Shown here piece after piece: positions 51,581-64,000 of a stretch of DNA of 64,000 nucleotides. The stretch is from Octopus sinensis (Eukaryota). Under the pieces are notes generated by a model. The model was not told the DNA's origin. It did not search any database and saw nothing but the letters and a program-made list of their open reading frames with translations. The stretch's first letter is position 1, and every line of letters starts with the position of its first letter. The position numbers and the translations under genes are program-made. The stretch covers positions 49,042,001 through 49,106,000 of the forward strand of contig NC_042997.1 in the NCBI RefSeq assembly GCF_006345805.1, written 5' to 3'.

Positions 51581-53439
51581 TAGAGGCAATTATGCGGATA
51601 AACAAATTAGACACATAGCCTTTCTTTACCCTGTGGAATGACCTCCTGTAAAGAGATCGGACTCCAAGTTTGAATCTTTCGAGCTCTATTAAGTGTCTTC
51701 TATATAGAGAATTTCTGGATCTCATCTGTGAACTATATAAATATATATGTATGTATATATGACACGCATGAAACCACAAATGCATTTGCTAACATCTTTA
51801 TGTGTTTCATGAGTTAAAAGTCAGTCTTGCAATCTTGCAGCTTATTCAGGCTCTGATGATGGGTATGCATAAGCTTCTGTGTAATACTGTGTGAATGCCT
51901 GCATCAATTTTTGAAAAGTCACACACATCCAAAGTTACACATCATAAATACAAACATATAGAGAAATTCAAACACTGCATAAGCTGGCATACATTGTGTG
52001 AACAGGTATGCAAAAAATGACTGTTTATGAGAATTGATCAGGAGTTGTATGCGTTTGGATTGACGAGTATATACCTATGCCACTTCGTGTATGTGTAGGT
52101 ATGTATTTTATACATACATATATATATAAACATATGTATATGTATATATATATGGAACTAACACTTTATTCATTGACAGCATTCTGTTTCATGACCAAGT
52201 TACCTGAATAAACAGTCAACAGGTATGTATCAATGTGTGTATGCCATTATATAACTATGTGCACATGTGCGTGTATGTATATATATATATATACACACAC
52301 ACACATGCACATATACGCATATATAAACATATCTATAAACACATGTATATATTACTATACATGCACACATATACACACTTCGCATACATGCTCACACACA
52401 CAAACATATATAATACATAAATACATGCATGCACACACACACATACACATACACATATACATATATGTGAGAGAGAATGAAAGAGACAATTGAAGATAGG
52501 CATGAACCGAGATATCCACTTCAACACAGTCAGTTCTAGCCATTATATTACTTCATTCCATATTTATTTCCTGATATTTCTGAGAAAGTTACTGCTGACT
52601 AGCATTCCATTCAGTCTCCTTTACTTGACACAACAGGAACCAGAGTGAAGGAGAATTTATTATAGATCATAGAAAATAACTGAACGCTTAAAACATATGC
52701 ACACAAATAGGTAGCTGGGTCTTTCCATCTGTAATATAGTGAGTTAAAAACTTTTCTTAACAGAGGTTATACTTGTTAATACTAGAAAAAAAATCCTTAA
52801 GTGAGTATGTGATAACTAAAAAACCAACAACCAAGGAAGATAATTCATATAATACCAATTGGATGAAACTTTTTAAAACATGACAATACGGTTAGGTGTG
52901 GACTTTGTCTTTAAAACCCACTGATGAAAACAATTGTCATGTTTCAATCTAATTAGATCTCATCAGCAAAGTTTATTCAGTCCAGAAGACTTAGGAATTC
53001 AGTATGTATGTCTGTGTATGTGTGTATATGAGTGAGTGGAGAGAAGGCAGGATTGTAGTATAAGTAAGTATATAGGTATTGTATATGTATGAGGATTTTT
53101 TTTTTTAATAACTGCATGTTTGAGCAGAAACACTTTATTTTGTCAACCTCAGAAAGCTGTAAAGCAAAGCTGACCTTTGGCAGGATTTGAACTAAGAACA
53201 CAGAAAAATATAACTAAATGTTGCAAGACATTTTCTCTGATACTCAACTGATCCTAATAATTCATCTCTCTTGTTGTTAGTAGTAGTAGTAGTAGTAGTA
53301 ATAATAATAATAATAATAAACCAATGTATACAATCTGGTGTGTTTATTTTAATGGCCTACCAAGGTATACAGTGAGTTTCTTTCCCCTAGGTGTCAGGAA
53401 GACACTCAGCAAGAAACGGAAACATAAAAGAGGATGAGG

Positions 53440-53486
<47 letters not shown>

Positions 53487-54205
53487 TGCTTCTAATATAG
53501 GTACGTGACCTGAAATTTTGGTGACAGGGGGGTAGCATTGGTCCACACCACTGACCCCTACACAGTACTTGACTGGTACATTTTACTGATACAGAAAAAT
53601 TAAAATGTAGAGTTCACTTTAGTAGATTCGAAATCAGAATGTAAAGAGCTGAAAGAAATAGCAAAGGCATTTTGTTTAGTATTCTAATGATTCTGTCAAG
53701 CCATCATACTTAATATATGATGTCAGCAAATGTCAATGTAAAATGCACTCTGCAAGTAGAAAGGTGATAATATATAAATCCACACATTTCAATGATGTCA
53801 ATACATGAACTTGGCTTAAATAGTTTAGAGACCAGCTCATTCTTTATTCAAGGAATTTAAAGAATGAATGAATATATATATATATATTATATGAGGGAAT
53901 ATTATTCCAAAGTTACAGGGAAAAATTCAATTCAGAAATACTAAATCAAATTTCACAAAATATAACATTTATATATATATATATATATAAAAAAATAAGA
54001 AAAAAAAAACCTTTTATCAATCCAATAATGAAAACTTAAATTATACCATTTAGAAAATTTACGTATTATAGAAAGATTAAATATAAGATGAAACTTATAA
54101 CAATGATTAAGTAATGTGCAAATCTTTCTATAATATGTAATTTTTCTAAATGGTATAATTTAATTTTTCATTTTTGAATTGATAAAAGTTGTTTTTTTTT
54201 TCTAA

Positions 54206-54239
<34 letters not shown>

Positions 54240-54306
54240 CTCTCACACATACAGACATATAAAGTATATGCGTACACAAATACATTTATGTGTTTATATG
54301 CATTGC

Positions 54307-54338
<32 letters not shown>

Positions 54339-54467
54339 ATATAAATATGAACATATGCATATATGTGTATATACACCTCTATATGTATGTGTGAATGTGT
54401 TAATATGTGTGTATGTATGAATACATATACATGTCACACAAAAATTACATGCACATGTGAGCGTGCG

Positions 54468-54502
<35 letters not shown>

Positions 54503-54801
54503 CACAAAATATTCAGATCTACATACATATACACAAATATGTGAACAATACACAAATATGGTACATGCACATATACATATTCACACATTGAACTGTCTAT
54601 AATACTATAAGTTAAAAAAAATCATGTACAGAATCACACTACATTATATACATATATACATATATATACACATATATATACACATATATATACATATATA
54701 TATACATATATATATACATATATATATATATACATATATATATACATATATATATACATATATACATATATATATACATATATATATATATATACATATA
54801 T

Positions 54802-54836
<35 letters not shown>

Positions 54837-55339
54837 ATATATATATACATATATATATATATACATATATACATACATATATGTGTGTGTAAAATCAAAC
54901 AGCTGTACTAAAACAGTGGAATAAGTACATGCAGAACAAAGTGGTAACCTACACTGGCACACAAAATGCAAGGGGTTACGTAAGTGATAATGTATAAAGA
55001 TATGTAGGTAAGCAAACACAAATAATTTCTGGCCCCCTTCAGTAGCTTAGATTAAAAAGGAAATAATGATTTCTGATTGAGGTATTAAACACCAAAATTT
55101 TGAGAAAGACAGGGGGTGGGGTTAGTCAATTATATTAGCACAAGTACTTGACAGATATTTTCTTTTATTGACCTCAAAAGGATGAAATACAAATGTGACC
55201 TTGGCAAATTCAAACTCACAACATATGCAGAGAGGTGGAACAAATATCACAAAGTGTTATATCTGATGGTCTGACAAACTCTGGCAATTTGCCAAGGAAA
55301 GTAATAATGAAATATGACAACATGTGCAGGTGAGGCCCT

Positions 55340-55473
55340 CCCTCCGCCGCCCACATAGTTCTGGGCTCAGTCCCGCTGTGTAGCACCTTGGGCAAGTGTC
55401 TTCTTATATAGCCCAGGGCCAACCAAAGCCTCGTAAGTGGATATGGTAGATGGAAATAGAAAGAAGCCCATAG

Positions 55474-55505
<32 letters not shown>

Positions 55506-55526
55506 TATATATACATTATGTAAATT

Positions 55527-55567
<41 letters not shown>

Positions 55568-55910
55568 GTATACATATATATACATATACACATACATATA
55601 TATATATACACACACACATATATACACATAATTATGTACATGTGTGTATGTGTATATATATATATATATGGATGGATGTATATACCCAGGCATGTGTGTT
55701 TTGGTATTTGCACCCCACTGCCACTTGATAACTGATGTTTGTTTGTTTATGTCCCTGTAACTTAGTGGTTCAGCAAAGAAGACCGATAGCAGTAAGTATC
55801 AGGCTTTGAAAAATAAGTACCAGGGTCAATTCATTCGCCTGAAACCTTTCATGGTGATGATGCTCCAGCATGGCACCAGTACGATGACTGAAACAAGCAC
55901 AAGTAAAAAA
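55340..55910 (+). mobile_element. SINE family A with expanded internal microsatellite
   Basis: Head at 55340-55470 and body at 55700-55910, separated by (AT)/(AC) tracts. Confidence 0.75.
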
Positions 55911-55979
55911 TAGAAGACAGTGACATTGCTCGGCTGTAACCACAAAAAAAAAAAGACAAATAAAAATAGCAATAATAAT

Positions 55980-56584
55980 CTTTTCTCCTCTAGGCACAAG
56001 GCCAGATCTTTTTTTCTTTTTTTGTGGTGGGGCAGTCGATTAGATCTTCACCTGTACGCAAATGGCACTTAATTTATCGACCCTGAAAGGATCGGCAGAA
56101 TTTGAACTCAGAACGTAAAGAGGGACGAAACACCACTAAGCATTTCACCCGGCGTGCTAAGTTTCTTATTTCTTTACTACCCACAAGGGGCTAAACACAA
56201 AGGGGGACAAACAAGGACAGACAAACAAATTAAACTGAATAGATCAGCCCCAGTGCGTAACTGGTACTTAATTTATCGGCCCCGAAAAGATGAAAGGCAA
56301 AGTCGACCTCGGCGGAATTTGAACTCAGAACATAACGGCAGAAGAAATACAAATTTCTTTACTACCCACAAGGGGCTAAACACAGAAGGGACAAACAAGG
56401 ACAAACAAATGGATTAAGTCGATTACATCAACCCCAGTACATAACTGGTACTCATTTAAACGACCCCGAAAGGATAAATGGCAAAGTCGACCTCAGCGGA
56501 ATTTGAACTCAGAACATAACAGCAGAAGAAATACCGCTAAGCATTTTGCCCAGCGTGCTGAGGTTTCTGCCAGCTCACTGCCTT
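55980..56584 (-). mobile_element. SINE family B trimer
   Basis: Three units; TSD-like aaaatagcaataataat (55963-55979) and aaaatagaaataatagt (56585-56601). Confidence 0.85.
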
Positions 56585-57740
56585 AAAATAGAAATAATAG
56601 TAATACAAAAATAGGGCTAATTTGTATTTCAGCAAAAAAGGAAAAAAACTGGGATGTTAATGTTTCTTGACAAGCAGAATAATGGTTCTGTTTTTTAATT
56701 ATTCTGTTTTTAAATTTTATATAATATGACATTTGTTTTGTTTAGATCTGTATTTTCTTTATTGTAAAAGAAATTGTAATCTGGTATTCATTTATTTTTT
56801 TTATTTTTATTCTTTTTTTTTGCAAAGAAGAGCAGGAATTCAATGATTATTTATTTTTATTATTAGTAGTAGTATCAGAATTATTATTATTATTATTATT
56901 ATTGTTATTATTAGCAGCAGCTGCCAACATTGTCACATTGCTGAGAATGCTTCTTTGATTTACTTGCATCATAATTCTTTGCCAACAATTAGATAGGCTT
57001 TTTTCTTTTATAGTATTTGTTGTTATATTTTGGTTGTTTTTTTTCTCTCTCCATGCTTTTCTGCACTAACAATTGATGGTTAGAGTTTGGTAGACGATCC
57101 TATATATTGTTCAGTTTTTTTTTTATTATTTTTTTTTAATATCTCTTCTGTTTTCTGCTGTTATATGAAATAAATTGTAAGCTAGGTGTCAACAAGTGTC
57201 TTAATGAACCAAATGATTGGATTAAGAAATATTTAATGCCAAAGAAAACAGAAAAGAAAGGAAGGAAGGAAGGAAGAAAGAAAAACAAAGATAAATTTCT
57301 TCTTTCATTTTTTTGCTTTTCTCTAATTTTCATCTCCACTGATCCAAATTTAAACACATTTCCCTGTATGTGTTTGTGAATGGCATGAACGTGTCTGTTA
57401 GTGTCTATATGTATGTGTGATTTTTCTTAGTGTGTGTATGCAAATTTTATGCAAAATATGTATCATATTTAAAGACTGCAGTTTCATCCCAGCAGCCGGA
57501 AATCATGCAGAAAGTCAAACACATTATTTCTTCATTTGCTTTTTTTTTTTTAACATATATTTTTTTTTCTCTCATTTTAAAACATTCATATCTGCTGGGG
57601 GTTTTTTTTTGTTGTTGTTATTTTATTTTTGATAATGTCACAATTGATATTGGTCTATCATTATTAATATTATCATTATAATTATTATTATTTTTATTAT
57701 TATTATTATTTTGCTTCATGTCTTTCTCCTCTGAACTCAC

Positions 57741-58006
57741 CTATTTAGTTTTTTCGAGATTCAGGGGCTTGAAGCACCCTTTCGGTAAGGAATTATTGAT
57801 ATCTTCAATATTTTTAACATCAGCTCTTAACTGAGCAAGATCTCGAGTGAAAGTATCTTCTGACTCTGTCAGCCTCTTCAATGCGTCTGTTATCATCTTC
57901 ATCTGGTTGTCTATGTCATTTGACTTCATCAAATCTTCAACACTGATGATTTTTCGTTCAAGAATGTCTAAATGCGTGGTGTTGATTTTCTGTGAATCAA
58001 GATTAT
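57741..58006 (-). CDS. LAMC1: Laminin gamma chain, last coding exon
   Basis: Acceptor ttttgtttttcttcatAG, phase 1. Encodes (D)NLDSQKINTTHLDILERKIISVEDLMKSNDIDNQMKMITDALKRLTESEDTFTRDLAQLRADVKNIEDINNSLPKGCFKPLNLEKTK*, the characteristic gamma-chain end (vertebrate DIRNLEDIRKTLPSGCFNTPSIEKP). Confidence 0.95.
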
Positions 58007-58322
58007 CTATGAAGAAAAACAAAATAACATTAACAATAGAGTTTTTTTGCGAGAATATTTAAGATGTAGTCAAATAATTGAAAAAAAAAAAAAATTATGA
58101 TTAGATTTGTAAATCATTGGTGCAGATGCTTTAAAGTTCCCTACAGCTAAACACTCAAGTCAGAACATATCTAGTTACTTAGGCAGAGCTAAATAACTCT
58201 CTTAATAGCAAAACAATGTCTGTAGTAAGTTTTAGATTTGTAACTATAACTGGAATGTTTTTCATTATATATCTGTTTAATTAGCTAGCCTGAGAAACAA
58301 GAAAAGAGGGATAAGAGGGAAA

Positions 58323-58752
58323 TGAAGGAGTGATGAAAAGTTTCTGGCTTTAAGGGTATCATAAAAGGCCTGGTCGAGGGCCCAACCTTCCAAGTTCTTT
58401 TACAGGGCTAAGAAAAACTGAAGGACCACTGAAAGTTTGTGAACCCAAGAGGGAAGTACATTGAATAAAATCATTATTTTCTTTTATCCAGGAACTTTTC
58501 AGCACCCCAACATGCACACACACACACACATATATACATGGGAGGTACTAAAAAGTTCCTGGCTTTAAGGATATCGCAAGAGGTCTGGTTGGAGGCCCAA
58601 CCTTCTGAGTCTTTTTACAGGGCTTAGTACTGAAGGACGACTTCAATAGTGTGTGAATCTGAAGGGGGAATATGTTGCATAAAATCATAATTAACTGATC
58701 CTCCTGTATTTTCTTTTTCCCAGAGCCAGGACCATTTCAGCAACCCCTCGTA
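58323..58752. mobile_element. Two adjacent mariner-derived MITEs in laminin intron
   Basis: Copies at 58323-58511 and 58535-58752 with aaaagttcctggcttt / ccaggaacttttcagcaccc termini. Confidence 0.7.
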
Positions 58753-58804
58753 TATAATATGATGGTGATAAATATAAATAAAGCACAAAAAGAACTTCAC
58801 TTAC

Positions 58805-58904
58805 CAAGAACAGTGTTTATTTCATTGACAGTGTCAAGAGCTTTTCTAATTTTGCTTAGCGCCTCATCTGCATTGTCCTTTGCGCGACTTGCTTTTGCAG
58901 CAGC
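58805..58904 (-). CDS. LAMC1: Laminin gamma chain, penultimate coding exon
   Basis: Acceptor ttctttccctatttAG, donor G|GTAAGT, 100 nt, phase 0 to 1. Encodes AAAKASRAKDNADEALSKIRKALDTVNEINTVL(D). Confidence 0.9.
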
Positions 58905-59799
58905 CTAAATAGGGAAAGAATTCAGGAAGATAAAGTATTTTGTTAAAGCTTAGTCAGAAGAGAAAGGAAATACAAATAGTCTTTCTGGCAAGACCTCTTA
59001 GTTTGGTGGGGTGAAGGAAGGGGAAAAAAAAACCATAGCAAGAAACAACACATCAAAATATTGCATTTTCATCAGCCTGGAGACCTTGTTTGAATGCCAG
59101 CAGCAGATTGTGTTATATCGGTTGACACAAAGATTCCTTGTGTTCAAGACAAGGTCTACAAACAAAGAAATACCACCAGCCAAATCTGTCCAAGATGCAT
59201 GCAAGACAACTAAACCATCCTACCTGCTATCATTTTATATTCTTTGAAACTGTTGTTGTTGTTGTAGTAGGCTATGGAGTAGTAGAACTGACAGAAGATT
59301 GGACTAATTAACTTAGACGTTTAATTTTCCCTCCTTAACTTCTTAATTAAGATCTTGCACACAATAAATTGATATTTTATTACTCTAATTACAGGGCTCA
59401 TATCAAAAGCAGCTGTCATGTACAGGGGTAGACCCAAGGTGTGTGTGTGGGGGGTCTAAATAATGTTATTACACCCCTTTCTCTAGGAACTGCATTCCCT
59501 TCTGACCTGGTACCCCCTCTTTGAAAAATTCCTGGGACCGCGCTTGATGTACTAGGGTTGTCTCTCTTGGGTGAGTTTTCATATTTTTCAGTAGGTGAAG
59601 TGATAGTTGGCATCAACTTTGAAACAAAACTAACTTCCAAGTTTCAATCTTACTGTGTTACTTTTGCTTACAGTAATATCCTTGTCCCATCATGTGACAC
59701 TTCCTTTATAGGATGGCACAGCCTTCTTAAGGCTCCCAGCCCCAGATGGATTTGTAGAGGGGCTGTCATGGTTTAGACATTTTAAACTCTCTTGATGTT

Positions 59800-60285
59800 T
59801 GAAAAGAAAGAAAGAAAGAAAAGAAGGAAGGAAGAAAAGAGGAAGGAAGAAGAAAGAAAGAAGGAAGAAAGAAAGGAAGGAAAAGAAAAGAAGGAAAGAA
59901 GAAGAAAAGAAGGAAGAAAAGAAAGGAAAGAAGAAGAAAGAAGAAAAGAAAGAAAGAGAAAGAAAGAAAAAAGAAAGGAAGAAGAAAAAAGGAAAAAAAA
60001 AGAAAGGAAGAAAGAAGGAAGAAAGAAGGAAGGAAGGAAAGCAGGAAAAGGAAAGAGGAAGGAAAAGAAAAGAAGGAAGAAAGAGAGAAAAGGAGGAAAG
60101 AAAGGAAAGAAGGAAGAAAGAAGGAAGAAAGGAAAGGAAGAAGAAGAAAAGGAAAAAGAAGGAAAGGAAAGAAAAAGAAGAAAAAGAAGAAAGGAAGAAA
60201 GGAAGGAAGGAAGAAAGGAAGGCGGAAGGAAGGAAGGAAGGAAGGAGGAAGGAAGAAAAGAAAGAGAGAAAGAAAGAAAGAAATG
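59800..60285 (+). repeat. About 490-bp purine-only (GAAA/GGAA) tract
   Basis: Almost exclusively A/G on the plus strand; lies in a laminin intron. Confidence 0.95.
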
Positions 60286-60610
60286 ACTCCAATGACTCAA
60301 ACTGTTAACCAACCCTCAAGATCAGAAAAGTTGACATTAGCAGAATTTGAATTTAGGGCCCAGAGATCTGAGATGAATACTTCATAGTATTCAGCCTGAT
60401 GCTCACACAATTCTTCTAACTTGTTCACACACATCCATGGACATATTGAGTGCTACCTATTTATCAAAGTGAACCAGACTGCACAACACAGATAGTTAAG
60501 GTAACAATATGAGAAATATAATTCATCTCTTAATTTGTACTTTGGCACCTATTATCTACTTTCGACACCCACCCCCAATCATTCAATACCGACAGAAGAA
60601 AATGTTAACA

Positions 60611-62015
60611 GTAGGAGTGGCTGTGTGGTAAGTAGCTTGCTTACCAACCACATGGTTCCGGGTTCAGTCCCACTGCATGGCATCTTGGGCAAGTGTCTTC
60701 TGCTATAGCCCCGGGCCGACCAATGCCTTGTGAGTGGATTTGGTAGACGGAAACTGAAAGAAGCCTGTCGTATATATGTATATATATATATATATGTGTG
60801 TGTGTGTCTCTGTTTGTCCCCCTAGCATTGCTTGACAACCGATACTGTTGTGTTTACGTCCTCGTCACTTAGCGGTTCGGCAAAAGAGACCGATAGAATA
60901 AGTACTGAAACAAGTAAAAGAGTAAGTATGGGACTGGCGTTTTATTCAGCAGCCCTGAAGAGATGAAGGACAAAGTTGACATCGGCAGAATTTGAATTTA
61001 GGGCACAGAGATCCGAGGTGGCTACTTCATAGTTAAAAAAAAAAATAATAATAATAAATATAGGCACAGGCTGTGTGGTAAGAAGCCTGCTTCTTAACCA
61101 CATAGTTTTGGGTTCAGTCCCACTGTATGGTATTGGGCAAATGTCTCCTATTGAAGTCCTGGGCCAACCAAAGCCTTATGAGTGAATTTGGCAGACAGAT
61201 GCTGAAAGAAGTCCATCATGTGTGTGTGCTTGTGTTTGTTCCCCACCCACAGCTTGACAACCAATGTTAGGTTTTTACAACCTCATAACTTAGTGGTTCA
61301 ACAAAAAGAAATCAATAGAATAAGTGCAAGAATTGAAACAATAAGTATTGGCATCGATTTGTTCAACAACAACTCTTCCTGAAGGTATTCCAGCATTGTC
61401 ACAGTTTAATGACTGAAACAGGTGTAAGATAAAAAAATAAATAAACAAACAAAAAATTCTTCCTCTTACGTTGTTCACTGCATCCGTGTCTTCTTCTGAA
61501 CTGTCTTTCATGGAATTTACAGACGAATTCATTTTATTTACTTGATCTGATAAAGAATCAGTTACACTAGCGATTGAATTTGCACGGGTTTCAATAGCTT
61601 GAGATTCTTTCAAAAACTTGTCAGCATCCTAAACAGAGAGAGAGAGAGAGAGATAACAGATTTGGTAAGAAATCTTTAAAAATATATATATATAATAAAT
61701 GAGTGGAAATCAAACCAGAAATTGAAATAAGGCATTAAGACAAAATGATTCTTCCCCAGACACAACATAATTTGCTTCAACACATGAATGCACGTAATGA
61801 ATCTTGCAAACCGGATAAAACAAAAATTTTTTAAACTAAGAAAATTAAATATACACATGTACACATATAGGGGCAGGCGTGGAAAGAAGTTTGCGTCCCA
61901 ACCACATGGTTCTGTGTTCAGTCCCACTGCATGGCAACTTCGCCAAGTGCCTTCTGCAATAACTCCAGATCAATAAAGCCTTGGGAGTGGATTTGGTAGA
62001 CAGAAACTGAAAGAA
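60611..62015 (+). mobile_element. Three SINE family A copies in laminin introns
   Basis: Copies at 60611-60925, 61066-61435 and 61870-62015, flanking the 61470-61628 exon. Confidence 0.8.
61470..61628 (-). CDS. LAMC1: Laminin gamma chain, coiled-coil exon
   Basis: Acceptor ctctctgtttAG, donor AAC|GTAAGA, 159 nt, phase 0 to 0. Encodes DADKFLKESQAIETRANSIASVTDSLSDQVNKMNSSVNSMKDSSEEDTDAVNN; in phase with both neighbours. Confidence 0.9.
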
Positions 62016-62021
62016 GTCTAT

Positions 62022-62137
62022 CATCATCATCATCATCATCGTTTAACATCCGTTTTCCGTGCTAGCATGGGTTGGACGGTTCGACCAGGATCTGGGAAGC
62101 CAGGTGGCTGCACGAGGCTCCAGTTTGATCTGGCAGT
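62022..62137. mobile_element. RTE-type retroposon end with (CAT)n
   Basis: catcatcatcgtttaacatccgttttccgtgctagcatgggttggacgg; related fragment at 45140-45260. Confidence 0.6.
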
Positions 62138-62266
62138 AAGCAGTATAACCCGGCTTTACCTGGGACTAAGTTAGGATTATTAAGCTAATCAAGTTCTTTA
62201 TTTCATACCAAACTAAGTAATATCGACGTCGAATTTAGGCGAAATCCGTTGCTATTGGTTTATACA

Positions 62267-62319
<53 letters not shown>

Positions 62320-62359
62320 TGTGTGTGTGTGTGTGTGTATATATAAGTATATATATATG

Positions 62360-62390
<31 letters not shown>

Positions 62391-62536
62391 ATATAAGTAT
62401 ATATATATGTATATATATATGTATATATATGTGTGTGTGTGTATATATATGTATATATATATAATGTGTATATATGTATATATATATATGTGTGTGTGTG
62501 TGTGTATATATATGTATATATATATATGTGTGTATA

Positions 62537-62579
<43 letters not shown>

Positions 62580-62582
62580 ATA

Positions 62583-62654
<72 letters not shown>

Positions 62655-63392
62655 TATATTATATAATATAAATAATATAACACATACGTACGAACATACA
62701 CCTATTGCATGTATGTTTTTTGTACGCATACATGTTCATAAACAGAAATGAATGGAAAAAATGTTGGTAAATTTGTAGATTGACACTCACATGATTTTCA
62801 CTAAGAAAAAAAATTGGATTTTTTGTGTGGAATCAACTACTCTGGCCTCCTAATATGCTACAAAAGCCCTTTTTGTGGTCTGAAAAAGGGGGTCAGGTGT
62901 GGTGGAAGCCTCAGAAATTGTACCAAATTGTTACCTACCTCTTTGTTTCTTTGTAGTTAAATAAATGGATTCTCAACAAAACACTTTTTTCCTTGGCGTA
63001 AAATAAAAACAAAACTCTTTCGCGCCCAAAGTAATGTGTGTGTGAGATGGGGGAGAAACATGAACGATTTAAAATAAATATAGGATTTAAAATATATTTT
63101 AACTGTTTTGTGAGAAAGTATATATAATCTGATTAGGAAATATAGTGCCTTTCAAAAACATTCAAAATTTGAAGACTATATCTCGTGTTTAAGAAAACAA
63201 CAAAACATTTTACACTCTCTCACTTTGTCTTTACCTTTTTTTGTTAGATGCTGTCAAACACATTCTCTTTCTCTCCCTGACACACACACACATACATCAA
63301 CACACAACTCATATATATATACATACATAGATATATACATATATACATATACACACACAGACGCACACATAAATACAAAGCGTAACACACAC

Positions 63393-63592
63393 CTTGGAAG
63401 CTTCCCCAGCCATGTCTTGTGCTTCTTTTGCTTTATCAAGTGCTTCTTTAGCATCATCTTCAGCCCCTAGAAGAGCAGTCTGAGACTGAGCCGTTTTCGC
63501 TTCCGCTTGCCGAATCATTTTTTTGATGTCACCAACTTTAGTTAAAGACTTCTCTGCTTTCTTTTTATTGTCTGCCACATTTCTATCAAAGT
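63393..63592 (-). CDS. LAMC1: Laminin gamma chain, coiled-coil exon (fourth-last coding exon)
   Basis: Acceptor tttctttgattgcAG, donor AAG|GTGTGT, 200 nt, phase 1 to 0. Encodes (D)FDRNVADNKKKAEKSLTKVGDIKKMIRQAEAKTAQSQTALLGAEDDAKEALDKAKEAQDMAGEASK, matching from memory the gamma-1 segment DFDRRVNDNKTAAEEAL...AAADATEAKNKAHEA. Confidence 0.92.
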
Positions 63593-63748
63593 CTGCAATC
63601 AAAGAAAGAAATAATATACTAATTCGTGGCGAAATGAAAATTCAGTTATACATCAACAGTGTGCAGAATGTGTGTGATGGATATGTGTTTATGTATATTT
63701 ATGTGAGGTAAGAAACTGATATGAAAATATCATATATATATATATATA

Positions 63749-64000
63749 GGCACAGGAGTGGCTGTGTGGTAAGTAGCTTGCTTACCAACCACATGGTTCT
63801 GGGTTCAGTCCCACTGTGTGGCACCTTCGGCAAGTGTCTTCTACTATAGCCTCGGGCCAACCAAAGTCTTGTGGGTGGATTTGGTAGACGGAAACTGAAA
63901 GAAGCCTGTCATGTATATATATATGTGTGTGTGTGTATGTTTGTGTGTCTGTGTTTGTCCCCCTAGCATTGCTTGACAACCGATGCTGGTGTGTTTATGT
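63749..64000 (+). mobile_element. SINE family A, cut by window end
   Basis: caggagtggctgtgtggtaagtagcttgc head. Confidence 0.88.

Noticed and set aside
59690-60312. 160-200 aa K/E/R-rich and F/L/S-rich ORFs on both strands
   Set aside because: A purine-only repeat cannot contain stop codons; it lies in an intron between in-phase laminin exons.

Overview
AT-rich, microsatellite-saturated animal DNA. The SINE families, (AT)n/(AC)n density and transposon content point to an octopus (coleoid cephalopod) genome; this is inferred from repeat recognition, not a database search. One gene is securely identified: the last four coding exons of a laminin gamma chain (LAMC1/LanB2-like) on the minus strand (63592 to 57741). 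All four have canonical GT-AG sites, matching phases and the diagnostic C-terminus LPKGCFKPLNLEKTK*. A strong donor directly after the stop codon suggests a 3'UTR intron. A second, unidentified minus-strand gene is suggested by four in-phase exon candidates at 28.9-29.7 kb; other exon-like islands are ambiguous. The rest is mobile DNA: several tRNA-derived SINE families (some as multimers), a 5'-truncated CR1-like LINE, Tx1/L1 3' ends, Tc1, mariner and maT fragments, mariner and pogo MITEs, and Helitrons. The most striking pattern is several unrelated families of Penelope-like-element (PLE) termini carrying minimal type I hammerhead ribozyme motifs, often as inverted pairs. One copy (51533-51579) retains every core catalytic nucleotide. 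Almost all ORFs in the supplied track are microsatellite artefacts.
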